64,000 nt of DNA from Callorhinchus milii (lineage: Eukaryota), in contig NW_024704743.1 of assembly GCF_018977255.1 (NCBI RefSeq), forward strand, positions 21,206,001 to 21,270,000, in the 5' to 3' direction. Shown in pieces: positions 1-11,607 of the stretch (positions are counted from its first letter, which is position 1; each line of letters starts with the position of its first letter). The notes under the pieces are model-generated. The model was given only the letters and a program-made list of their open reading frames with translations, did no database searches and was not told where the DNA came from. Position numbers and translations under genes: made by a program.

Positions 1-147
1 AGTGGATCACAGTGTCTCGAAAGGCCACAAGAACACCTGTTATATTTTGCTTGGCATTGCTGCAAAGGAACTGCAAAGCTCCAAAGCTCAAAGAGTTGGG
101 AAGGACCCAAAGGGATGGGAGAATTCACAATGCTAATTTCTCTATCC

Positions 148-530
148 AAAATAAATTTACACAGCACCTTTTGTGTGGGGAGGATGTCCCAAGGCACTGG
201 ACAGTCCAGGGTTTGCTACAAGCTGGGGACAAGAGCTGATGAGGTGGAAGGTGATGGGTGGGAAAGATGACTGAATGTGCAGCCAAAGAGAAATCTCTTG
301 AAGGAGGCAAGGGAAGGAGCAAGCCGGAGGGACTCTGGGATGGAGAGTGAGGGGCAGATAGGCTGAAAGCCCAACTACCGATGGTGAGGCGGGCAGGGCA
401 AGGGATGTGAAGCAGGCGGAGTGAGTGAACGAGTTTGTACGGTTTGAGAAGATCAAAGAGGTAGGATGGGGCAAGACAGAGTTGGAATTTAAAGGTCAGG
501 ACGAAGATCTTGAACCTAATCAGCTGAAGA
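148..530 (-). mobile_element. L2-clade LINE, 3' end fragment
   Basis: Minus ORF 125..544 reads IRFKIFVLTFK...LAPSYLFDLLKPY...TIGSWAFSLSAP (L2 ORF2 C-terminus); the 3' tail ACTGTCCAGTGCCTTGGGACATCCTC matches other L2 copies in the window. Confidence 0.85.
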
Positions 531-631
531 ATGCAAAAGCTCATCTTCTTATAGAAAGCCGGATCCTAGAAAAGGCTGAACAAGATTGCTGTGGGATTGA
601 GACAAGAAAAACCTTGTATTAATGGTCTAAT

Positions 632-1100
632 GGTCAGCCTGGTTGAAAGCACTCTTGCCTCTGAGTCAAAAGGTTGTGGGTTCAAGCTTCAAATCGGGAC
701 TTTGAGCTCAGAGCTAGGATGATGCTTTAGTACAATGCTGGGGGAGTATTGCATTGTCAGAGGTGCTGTCCTTCAGATGAGACATCAAAGATCGTCTTTG
801 TCTGCCCTTCAGGTGGACCTTAAAGATATTATGGCACTATTCAAAAAGAGAATGGAGTTTCTCCTGGTGTCCTGGCCAACAATCCCCCAAATAAAATTAG
901 TCATTCATTTTACCTACAAATGTACAATAATCCTTGCATTTGATATAGTGCCATATTATGTTATCAACAAGTATGAAAGTGCTTCAAAGGATTTTACTGT
1001 GTAGTGCCTTTACAGTAAATCCGTGAATGGCTTTGAGACATCATCCTGATGTGAAAGATGTTGAATCAAATATAAGGATTATTATTTATTATTATTATTA
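632..1100 (+). mobile_element. Old tRNA-head SINE with Deu domain (SacSINE1/AmnSINE-superfamily-like) plus tail remnants
   Basis: Head AGCACTCTTGCCTCTGAGTCAAAAGGTTGTGGGTTCAAG; Deu-like core CAGGTGGACCTTAAAGATATTATGGCACTATT...GGTGTCCTGGCCAAC; (ATT)n-type tail near 1075-1100. Confidence 0.7.
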
Positions 1101-1114
1101 AGTTCAGGTCTTTG

Positions 1115-2053
1115 AAATATAAAATCTTAAAACTTTCCAAGTTTACAAATGATACTAAGCTAAGAAGAGTAATAAATAGTGAAGAGAATAGTAGCAGACT
1201 GCAAGAGGACCTAGACAGACTGGCAAAACGGGCAGACACGTGGCAGATGAATTTTAATGTGGAGAAATGCAAAGCAATGCATTTTGGGTGGAAAAATGAG
1301 GAGAGGCAATATAAGCTGATGGTACAATCTTAAAGAGGGTGAAGGAACAGAGAGACCTGGGGGTTCATATAAGCAAATCCTTGAAAGTAGCAGGACAGGT
1401 AGATAAAATTGTTAAAAAAGCATGTCGGATACTAGACTTTGTAAATAGGGGCATAGATTACAAAAGTTAGGAAATTATGATGAACCTTTATAAAACACAG
1501 GTTTGGCCTGAGTTAGAGTACTGGGTTCAGTTCTGGGTACCACACTTTAGGAAGGATGTCAAGGTATTGGAGAGAGTGCAAGGAGATTTACCAGGATGGT
1601 ACCAGGAATGAGGAACTTCGGTTATGAGTGAAGGCTAGAAAAGCTAGGATTATTCTCCTTGGAGCAGAGAAGACTAATAGAAGTTTTCAAAATTATGAGG
1701 GGATTCGATAGGGTGAACAAGAAGAAACTATTTCCACTGGTGGGTGGGTCAGTAATCCAAGGACACTAATTTAAAATAGTTGTTAAAAGAAACAGAGGGG
1801 AGGTGCAGAGAATTTTTTTCACGTAGTGAGCTGTTCAGATCTGGACTGTATTGCATGAATGGGTGGTGGAAGCCAATTCGATAACAACATTTAAGAGAGA
1901 AGCAGATAATTATTTGGGGAGGATAAGTTTGCAGGGCTATGGAAAGAGAGCAAGGGAGTGGGATTGATTTGAGTAGCTCTTTACAAAGAGCCGGCACAGA
2001 CAGGATGAGCCGTAAGGTCTCCTTTGTGCTGTATAATTTTATGATTCTATGAT
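1115..2053 (+). mobile_element. CR1-clade LINE, 5'-truncated, decayed RT C-terminus and 3' UTR
   Basis: ORF 1112..1333 KFTNDTKL...LQEDLDRL...WQMNFNVEKCK (CR1 FADDTKL region); later nucleotides encode a PELEYWVQFW-like motif; ends in ATGATTCTATGAT. Confidence 0.92.
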
Positions 2054-2897
2054 ACGTCCTGCACTGTTCCCTTAAAACTGGACTTTGCTGAATATCTCTT
2101 ATATGCTGACTGTGAAACAAGAAAGGCTTTGATTCCCTGCAAAACCAGACTTTTCTTTCCTAGGCAGTCCGTGCTCCCACATCTCATTTGCCTGGAAGGT
2201 GTTGAAAGACATTATGCTGGGTCAAGTCACACTTGGATATCCTTGTGCTCCTTAGAGTGGGAGGTGTAAGAAGCTTAATTTGTTCAAATATTTTGGGCAG
2301 AGATTTGTTTTTCACATGACGTGTCGCCCAACTTGTGTTTTGAAAGAAAGATGAAAATGGAAATTCGCTTGTCACAAGCTCCATGACTACAGCAGGCAGT
2401 GTTCTGTGTGCATGATCGGACAACATCATTAGCAAGATGGGCACTGTAACTCTGAGTATTAGTGAATGTGCAGATAAAGAGAGAGTCTCAGCTCAAACTG
2501 AAATGTTTCTGGCAGGTTTACACTGAGAATCTGACTTTCAACAAATAGCCTCTATCCCCAGCCCCTCACCAACCAACTACTTGTAGTTAGTAACAAATGC
2601 AGAGTGTGTGTTTAACGAGGAAGAATGTAGCTAAGCAACAGTTAAAGAGCAGGGAATAAATAAACACAACACAGATATTGATGTCTACCAAGCTTGTCTA
2701 TTCATTGACTGGTTTTGTAACATCTGGCGTTCTAATTTACCTTGTACAAAAATGTCCGCTTGTTTGAAAAAAAACATCTTTTTTGAATGTCTAATCTGTA
2801 CAAAAAAGGTTCAACTCACTAACTCAACAAGACAGAAGAGGAAAATATAGGGCAGCTCTGTTAGGATTGACCCAGTTGAGAGCGGGTTCATTTAGAG

Positions 2898-3095
2898 CAG
2901 TGGTGGACAGCCCATGGAGCCATCAAGAAGCAGCCTCCTGAACATTCGCATGCATCTTGGTAAATCCGTGTTCGATCGCTAGTGTGTTTCCAGGTTTATC
3001 TAGATTGAATATTTCCTGATTTAAGCCAAAGATCAAAAAAAATTCAATCAAGAAAATTTATTTTTTTGGCCGACCAACAATGTTGGCCACCGCTG
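2898..3095. mobile_element. Non-autonomous hAT DNA transposon (MITE)
   Basis: Perfect 8-bp direct repeat ATTTAGAG at 2890-2897 and 3096-3103; imperfect TIRs CAGTGGTGGACAGCC and (reverse complement) CAGCGGTGGCCAACA. Confidence 0.8.
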
Positions 3096-4181
3096 ATTTA
3101 GAGCATGGGTTTACTGTCTTGGGTGCAGCTGTACAAAAACAGCAATACAAAAACAATTGCTTTGGATGCTGACAAGCCAGTTCCTACACAAGAAGATGGC
3201 TGCCTTTCTGGATCATCAAGAGTAATGCATAAAAAGTGCTTTTAGATGCACCAAGATCTTCTGCAAGAAGATGCAGGTTTAGGGTTGCAAATAGCAATTT
3301 CAGTGACAGGTTACAAGGGAAGAAGTGGTTAAGGCCAGGACATATTTTACAAGAACAGCTCGATGAAGTGATAGGAGGATTGTAGGATGGTTTTCTGGAA
3401 AAACAAGATCAAATGGGTTGAAGGTCTTTCTTCATCCAAACCTCTCTCTGATCTGGTATGATTCCAAAATATTGGCTTTGATTTTGCTTTGGACTATTAT
3501 TATTCTGAAGACTGTTGTGTTTACACAGCATAGGTCTCTCATATTGTTTGTGCACTGTTACCATTAACGTGATAAACCCAAGCATTAAAATCATTTTACG
3601 ATTTCTGTGCGTAATCCAGCTGTGATGGAATGACATGCAGCAAGGCCTTTGGTTCCTAACACAAGACTGGAATGACTTCTGTTCAGACTTGTAGAATGTA
3701 TCTGAATGACTATCATTTATCTGTGGTGTCAGCGTGTCACAACCAGCATATTTTTGATTACTGACTGTTTCTTGACACTTTTCTCTGAGTAAGTTGATGT
3801 GAGTATGTTTGTCTTCACATAGGAGCAAAAATAATGCAGGGGAAGGTGAGTCACAGGTGTAAAGCCTCATTAACAAAAAAGGTTACATCAAGCGTAAAAG
3901 TGAAGGGAGTTTCTCCCAGTGTCCTGATCAACAATTGTCCAGGTAAAATTGATCAAATCACATAATGGCTGTTTATTTGACATTGGGGTCGACATAGATA
4001 TCCTGTTCTTCACATTCTTACATCCTATGAAAATAGAAATAATAAGTCAAGTAAGTGCTCTCCTTTCTCTGATCTTTCCCTTGTCAATGCTTAGAACTTA
4101 ATGATCTTAGGTTTGGAGCTGCAGGTGGAAGGTCTAAACCTTATTATAAAAGCGATGTTATATTACGCCATGTGTAGAGAG

Positions 4182-4281
4182 TGATTTACAGGTGTCCTTA
4201 AATATGTAATTAACAACCATGAATTAAATTATTTAAGTAAGTAACATGAATTATGTTACTTAAGGGCACCTGAAATTTGCT
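4182..4281. repeat. Imperfect palindrome, probably an old DNA-transposon derivative
   Basis: GATTTACAGGTGTCCTTAAATA pairs with TACTTAAGGGCACCTGAAATTT around an AT-rich centre. Confidence 0.5.
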
Positions 4282-4454
4282 TATTACTCCTGAATTTACA
4301 CCATTTACACCATTCATTATGGTTTACCCGCAACGAACAATACACCTGAATTTTCTCATGGTATACCCAGAGTGCATAATGCACCTGCTTTTACACATGG
4401 TTTACCCCTAACACACATATCCCAATGTCTTGTGGCAGTTCTGACTTCTTTGCC

Positions 4455-4712
4455 AAGTGCCATCCCCCAGATGAGATGTTAAATCAAAGTCCCAACTATC
4501 TGCTCAGGTTAAAGATCCTGTGGCACTATTCAAAAAGTGAAATTAATTCTCTCAGTCTTGGGATTTTTGTGGGACAATACTGTATGCAAGTTGGCTGTGT
4601 TTGCCTTATATTACAGTCACTGAACTTCACAATAAAATCCTGTGAAGACATTTTCAGATATTTCAATGATGTAATAAGGCACTATATCAAGGGCAAGGAT
4701 TATTTATTATTA
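4455..4712 (+). mobile_element. Decayed Deu-domain SINE, 3' part
   Basis: GATGAGATGTTAAATC...AAAGATCCTGTGGCACTATT core, followed by tail TATCAAGGGCAAGGATTATT. Confidence 0.6.
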
Positions 4713-6888
4713 ATCATGGCAGCCAATCTATCCACAGCAAGGTTACCGCAAACAGCCACAAAGTGAAGTACTGTAAAAAAAATTACTTTTTGTACTTAAA
4801 ATCTCTTTTAGCGTGAACTTTCTCAGTAAACAATACTTTCTCCCTTTTTGCTAGAATGAGAATGCCTCTGCTGCCTAAAAACGGGAAATATGGTCCATTG
4901 AAACTTGATTTCTTTCACTTGGCTGGCAGTGGAGGAGCGGTTGGCATAACTCATTTTGAAAAGTTTAATGGATTTTGTTTGAACAAGTTAATAGCTTTGG
5001 ATTCAGCAAAAGGCCATTCGCTCCTTGTAAAAGAATAAAATAAACATTTTTCTTTTTGTTTGGGGGAAAAAACAGCACATTAATCACTTGTTCAAGCAGA
5101 AGACATTTCTCCAAGTTACCAGTCCCCTATATTTACGTGCAGTAACCCAGGCAAGATCCATCGCATTGTGTTGTGTCCAGATTAAACCGATAATGCAATA
5201 CAAATGCTGGCCCTGATTCTGTGTTTAAACCTGAAAGAAGCTGCAAAACTGGATATTAAATTTGAATCCAAGTAACTTTTTTTAAAAAAGAAAGTGCAAT
5301 TAGATGTTCTCAGGTGGAGAGGCAAGTCTGACAGGTGAGGAAGGGATTTGGCATGTAGACAGGTGGAGGAGTGCTCGTAACCATGGTGTCCGCTGACGTT
5401 GGACAGTTGAAAGGGCATGTCGGTGCAGCTCACTGCACATGTGGCTGCCAGAAGATCCTATAGGCTGGGAAGGAATTTTATGTAAATCGTTGGCTTTCAG
5501 AGTTTCGATGTAACCAATTCATCTCATACATGCAGAGTGTGAACATCCCTCAAAGTCTGAATTGTACTGAAGCATGATTGAAAGCGCTCTGTAAAGTTTG
5601 GAAACCCATCAGATATCTACGTCAATTTCAGCTCTGCAGAGGGAGTTGCAGGTAAAAGTTACAGTTGTCGGTGTTTGTGAAGCACAGTCCAGTTGCTTGC
5701 TTGAAGTGTTTCTGATTTGTTTCGTAAAGAAGTCTGTTTTGGTTGCATGTGCCTGAACCTGCCTTCTAGCCCAAGTGAGGTTCACTGTACCTGGAAACAT
5801 CTGCCCTTTCTATGATGCTTATCAACAATATTTATAATTTATGGCTTCGAAAACTGTTAAGCAGTCAAAGTGTTGCCAGTATCACTGAAAGCAGCTTTCC
5901 ATGAGGTTTAGCAGAGCAGCCAGAAACGTAAAACCACCCTTTTGTGCTTGGCCTCCGATGCATCAATCAACAGTACAGAGCAAGCAAACTGCTGCTCTCA
6001 GGTGATGAAGGCCCAATGGGTAGCTCTGATGGTATCTTAGTTCAGGGTCTAATGGGAGGAGTGTAAGTAATTATGGATCCAATGGCAGATAGCAGGGGCC
6101 CTAAGATCAGAAAGTCAGTTTACAGACCAGACACCTGTGGAGTACAAACATTGAAGCAGAAATACGATCAGTTGTCTGCAAACTGGTTGATTCTACTTTT
6201 TCCATCCCCCAAAAACCATTTTAACTTCAATCAGTTTTGCTTTGAGTGAGAAGCTGATGAACTGCAGACGTTGATGGCAATGAGTCACAAGTAGCATTTC
6301 TTTCCAGTGTTCAAAAGTTCACAAAGGCAGCTGTCTCTCTGGTTGTTTTGAAGTCCAGCAGAGGTAAGGAGATCTCTGGGCAGATGCCATCCTTTGTGAT
6401 CACGTGAGTAAATCATGGGTATCTTTGTAATTTGTAGAGGGAGTTTGATCGCTCTGCTCAGTGATGGAAAAGCTCAACAGCTGCATCTTACCATTCACTG
6501 CACTTACATTTCAAACCGGCAGAATTTCCATTTGCGTACTCCTAATGAAACAATTTGAACCATTCCCAATATAACTGCACTTTAAGGGGGAGAAACTCCA
6601 CCTGGTTCAAGATTTACAGTGCTCTTATTTTGTCAGCATTTTGGAGCGCCTAGAATTTGGCAAACTTTTAAAATACTGTCATAAATTTTTAACCAAATTT
6701 TCTGTACATTTTTAAGAGCTGCAGATAAACAAACTATAATAATGATCCTTGCATTTGATATAGAACCTTCAACATTGGAAGAACGTCTCAAAAGCGCTTT
6801 ACCCTTCAGCAGGATTTACTGTAAAATGTGGTGACTGTGCATTTTGTAGGCAAAGCAATACTCCTGACCTTATCTTGAGAGTCTTATT

Positions 6889-7234
6889 TAATAATAATAG
6901 ACTTTGCATTTGATATTGCGCCTTATCAAGTCTTCAAGACGTCCCAAAGCGCTTCACAGAATATACTGTAAAGTAAATTGACTGTATATTTTGTGGGCAA
7001 AATGTAGCTGCCAGTTGTGTACAGCAGTGTCCCACAAACACTCGTGGATTGAGTGACCAAATTATTATTATTCAAAAATAAATTTTGGAAGGGATTACTA
7101 CCCCCAGAAAAGTGATCCGCCAATCGACTAACAGCCAGGTTCCTACTTACTGCTAGGTAAGCAGAGGCGTGTGTGGAGTAAGAAAACATGCCTAAGGTTT
7201 TGCCCTCCCTGGGAATCGAACCAAGGTTCTCACG
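6889..7234 (-). mobile_element. tRNA-derived SINE, long form, head truncated
   Basis: Aligns by eye to the other copies; carries the internal CCTAGCAGTAAGTAGGAACC segment. Confidence 0.9.
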
Positions 7235-8837
7235 TTCAGCCTTAGTTATATAAAAGTGTGCAGGTTATGAATAGGCAACATAGATAATAAAAGTAACTTC
7301 AAAGTTACAACTGAATTTAACCAATTGCCAAATTCTGCACTCTCTGAAAAACTAAGTAGAGTAAATCTAGACCCAAGTAGAAATTCCCTCTGTGCTTGAT
7401 TTTACAATTTATTCTTTGAAAAGAAAGCTTGTGTTGATTCTGTTTAAATTTGATTTTAACATCTTATGGTTGTCTGAAACTGTGAAATCCTTTTCAGACT
7501 TGTAGCACTGATGTCTGATGTCTTGTTTTGGAGGAATCTCCGATGTCCATTCTTGTTCTCTTTACATTCTCTTTACCAGCACATTTCTTGCAACGTGGTA
7601 AACCAATCTTGACAGCCCTTGACATGTGAAAAACAGTTAATTATTGAAGCCTAAAAAAAGTCAAAATAACATTTTTAAAAAAAATTCCTTTGAAGTCTTT
7701 TTTGGAGTTGTGGGACTTGTTTCCATTGGTGAACTGTTTGGTAAAATACAAGATCATTTGACAGGAAGACCATCTGACATTTCCTGCCCTTTCTCTTCAT
7801 GTGCTTTTCTGATTAGATAACTGCTAGATGGTATGGAAGTAAGTAAATTGTTTCCTAAGCAGTGAGAGATCACAGTCTTTCCATAAACATTGTCAGCTGC
7901 CTGACGACAAGTCTGTGTTGCCTGTTCATATGTACTTTTATATAATTCATCCAAGCAACTAAGATTCTGCATGTAAGGTAAGCAGCAATGTTACTTCGAA
8001 TGCACAAGCTAATGATCAAAGATAGAACCTAGACGTAACTCCATGATTACCTCACCTAAGCCTGCTTTCAACGAACTTGCAATAATTCACACCCCTAAAA
8101 ATATTTGCTCAGAGGTTGTGATTTTGAACAGCTCGGTGAGGATTCTCTGTTAACTGTTTAATGTAGGGTTTGCTTGTGTAATTCATTGGCTGTGAGCACA
8201 TTGTTGGGATGTGCTGTTTGTGTTGTCTGTCACTAGGATTTCATCTGCGCTCCTGTTGGTGGCTTTATGCCGATGGGAACGTTTTTTTCTAAATACAATG
8301 AATGTTACCTCCTGTCAGCTTCCTGATTGATTGACTGTTTGTTGTAGTCAGTAGGTTGGTTGGTGCCTATTGTAGCAGAAAGGAAGTATTGTCAGGTTTA
8401 GCACTGTAATGATAAATTTCTCAATGGCGTTGCACTTTAGATTAAGAGATAAAGCCTATTGTCATAACTAATAGATACACCCTGATGATGATGATCAGAA
8501 AAGGAATTGTTCAAGTCACATATCGCGAAGAGAAGCTGAATGCAATAATTATTTTTGGTCAGCCAGGTATCTGACACATAAGGAAACATGTCACCTTGCT
8601 TAAGAGTTTGCAAATGCATCAACCATGAATATCACGGCAATGACATACTGACTTTTAGTTTGGGTTCGCACCACGCCTTTCTGCCCTGAAGGAATTTTAT
8701 TTATTTCTTCTTCTGCTGGAACATAGCTCTCCTGCAGCACCTCACTCACCCAAGTGACCATTATTTACGTCTGAGCCTTCACAATGAATGCCGGTAGACT
8801 GCTTGACAATTTGAGCCAGATCCTGTCATCGCTCGAA

Positions 8838-9481
8838 AATAATAATAATCCTTGCATTTGATATAGAGCCTTATCACGTCTTCCAGACGTCTCAAAGTGC
8901 TTCAATAATAATAATAATAATAATCCTTGCATTTGATATAGCGTTTTTCACGTCAGGAGGACGTCCCAAAGCGCTTCACAGAACACACTGTAAAGTGAAT
9001 TGACTGTATATTTGTGGGCAAACGCGGCAGCCAATTGCGCACAGCAATGTCCCACAAACAGTCGTAGATTGAAAATGACCAATTTATTATTGTTTTTGGT
9101 TTTTGGAGGGATTATTATTAGGCGTGTGGAGTAAGGAAACTTGCCCAAGGTTTCGCCCTGCCTGGAATTGAACTCAGGTCTCTCGCTTGCAAAGCGAGTG
9201 CTCTAACCACTGAGCCACAGGACTCCATGTGAATAAACATGGAGTCCTGTTCACAGAATAAACTGCAAAATGAATTGATTGTAAAATATTTTGTGGGTAA
9301 AAACGCAGCAGCCAATTGCACACAGCAGTGTCCCACAAACAGTTGTGGATTAAGTGACCAAATTATTATTATTTTGTTATTATTTATTTATTGAAGGGAT
9401 TATTACCCCCGGAAAGGTGAGCTGCCAATTGACTAACAACTGGGTTCCTACTTACTGCCAGGTAAACAGAGGCATATGTGT
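8838..9481 (-). mobile_element. tRNA-derived SINE, long form, interrupted by a short-form copy (8838-8904 plus 9250-9481)
   Basis: Tail ...CAAAGTGCTTCA breaks at 8904 and resumes as TTCACAGAATA at 9250. Confidence 0.85.
8905..9227 (-). mobile_element. tRNA-derived SINE, short young form, full length
   Basis: Head with A and B boxes; lacks the ~64-bp internal segment; (ATT)n tail; near-identical to 23679-24005, 55731-56048 and 58404-58725. Confidence 0.95.
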
Positions 9482-10014
9482 GATCCACACACAGGCATCC
9501 ATCCACCCTCTAGCGAGGGGGGTCTCTGGGAGATGATTAGAATTCAAAATCCTGGCTGGTTTCCCTCTTTCTAACCAGGTTACTGAGACTCATAGCTCCC
9601 ATTTGGCTGCTCCATTTGACATCTGCTCCCTAAGCACAGATCAGAGATGAAATCTAATTTAATCAGCAGCCACGGATATATGTAATATTTTACACTGGGG
9701 TCTAAATTCTGGTTGGTGTTACTGAGTAGGTTTTCTTATTAAGGAACCAACACTGTGCAATTGGGAACAAAACGCAGTCATACTGACTTGTGGGAGCTCT
9801 ACTCCTATGTGATTGACTTCTGGGGTGGCGTGTTCCTGTCAACTAGTGGAACAGGAATCCCACTTAGAAATATCGCAAGTTAGATCCTAGTGACTTGAAT
9901 CTTGATTAGAGTAACGGCTGTATATTTCCTTCAGTTCAGTGTGACAGCAGATAAACACAGCAGATTGGTGCAATAATGTTTCCAGAAGGTCGGGTTGCAG
10001 CATTGACCCAAGGT

Positions 10015-10310
10015 GACAAGATGTTAAACCGAGGTCCCATCTGCCTGTTCAGGGGGACGTTAAAGATCCCATGGCAGTATTTGAAAAGAGAAGCTAGTTT
10101 CTCATAGTGTCCGGGCCAACAATCCCCCAAGTGAAATTGGTCACCCACTCCATGGCTATTTGTGGGCCATTGCTGTGCAAAAAACTGACTATCGTGTTTC
10201 ACCCACAAATACACAGGCAATCCATTTCACTCTATATCATGTGAAGCGCTTTGCAATGTCTTGACGGCGTGATAAAGTGCGATGCCAAATGCAAGGATTA
10301 TTATTGTTAT
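10015..10310 (+). mobile_element. Deu-domain SINE, core plus tail
   Basis: AGATGTTAAACCGAGGTCCCATCTGCCTGTTCAGGGGGACGTTAAAGATCCCATGGCAGTATTTGAA is a well preserved Deu core; ends AAATGCAAGGATTATTATT. Confidence 0.8.
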
Positions 10311-11284
10311 AAGGTAGGACTGAAATGGTAGAGTGCAGCCTGGAAAGTTCCTTATTTTGGTCCTGTCACTGGGGCAGGTTCTTAGAGGAGGACAGCTGGT
10401 GTCACACAGGAGGGAGAGAATAATGTAAACTTATTCATATGTGACTGTTAATTCTTGCTTTTTTTTTGTTTGTTATATAACAAAAATCCTTTTTTGCCGT
10501 CTGTAAAAGTTTGTCTTCAAGTAAGGAGAAAAGACAAACTTATGTATTAGAGTTTTTTTCCTCTATTTTAAGACATGTACTTTAGAACATATTTGTTCTC
10601 CTGAATCAATGTTGGTACCATTTGAAGCAGGGGCTAAATTACTGATCGAGTCACTCCAGGTAGATGCTAGTGGTTTTCATTTGTTAACCTGAATTTGAAG
10701 TTAGTTATCATTTTGAGACAAAACAAATTGAGAGGAACTGATGTAATAGTGACATTGCATTAATCCTTATTGGTTTTGCAATGCAAATACTGTAATGCGC
10801 TTCAGCAGAAGGTGACTCTGCAAGCCAAAGCCCAAGGGCTGTCCTAATTGGACAAGCAGCGAGAAGCTTGCCAGTCAATGCTCTCAATGGTAAGCTATGC
10901 AGGTTTATCTAGTTAAACTCCAGCAACATTTACTCTGGATGCCCCAAGCCTTGAGTCTCCACCAGCCTACAGGGGAAATTCCAATTGCAGGTGGCATTCA
11001 TATGTGTAATTCTCACATCCGGCCAAAAGATTGCAAACTTGTTAGAGGAAAGTCTGAAGTAACTCTACACATTCCAGCTTTTGGGTTAACATATCCTGGG
11101 CTTCTCCTCACACAGTGACGGAAAGAAGGTGAGTAAGTGCTGGTTCTGTTGTTGTGTGGAGAAGCTGTTTTCAGATTGTCAATTTTAAAGGCAGGGTGAA
11201 TTTTAAAGGCTAGGTTTGTTTACCTGGCAGTAAGTAGGAACCCAGATGTTAGTCGATTGGCGGATTGCTTTCCGGGGGTGAGAC

Positions 11285-11460
11285 ATGATCTCGCTTCTGA
11301 ATCAGAGATGTGGGTTCAAGCTCTACATCAGGAATTTGAGCTCACGGTGTAGACTGACACTCCAGTGCAGTACTGGGGAAAGCCCTGGGTGGTGCCATCC
11401 TTTGGATGAGACTAAACCAAGGTATGTCTGCTTCCTTATAGCATTAAAGATCCCACCTCC
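11285..11460 (+). mobile_element. Deu-domain SINE, 5' part
   Basis: TCTGAATCAGAGATGTGGGTTCAAG head; GCTGACACTCCAGTGCAGTACTG-like segment; TTAAAGATCCCA. Confidence 0.65.
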
Positions 11461-11462
11461 AC

Positions 11463-11607
11463 TTGATGAAATTTCCATGGAAAAGAGAGGTACTAGGGTG
11501 GAGAGATTATACTGATGGCGGTGTATGTGAAGTGTAAGCACCATCACTGACTACTTGGGCTGAATGGTCTGTTTTGGTGCTGTGGATTTTATGTAATTCT
11601 ATGTAAG
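11463..11607 (+). mobile_element. CR1 3' UTR remnant
   Basis: TTGGGCTGAATGGTCTGTTTTGGTGCTGT...ATGTAATTCTATGTAA. Confidence 0.6.

Larger units (their letters stand above)
8700..9700 (-). mobile_element. Ancient SINE-like dispersed repeat split by younger SINEs (parts ~8700-8836 and ~9482-9700)
   Basis: The two flanks join into a sequence similar to the reverse complement of 51780-52160 (CCCAAGTGACCATT...GATCCTGTC / TCCACACAC...AATCCTGGCTG). Confidence 0.55.
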
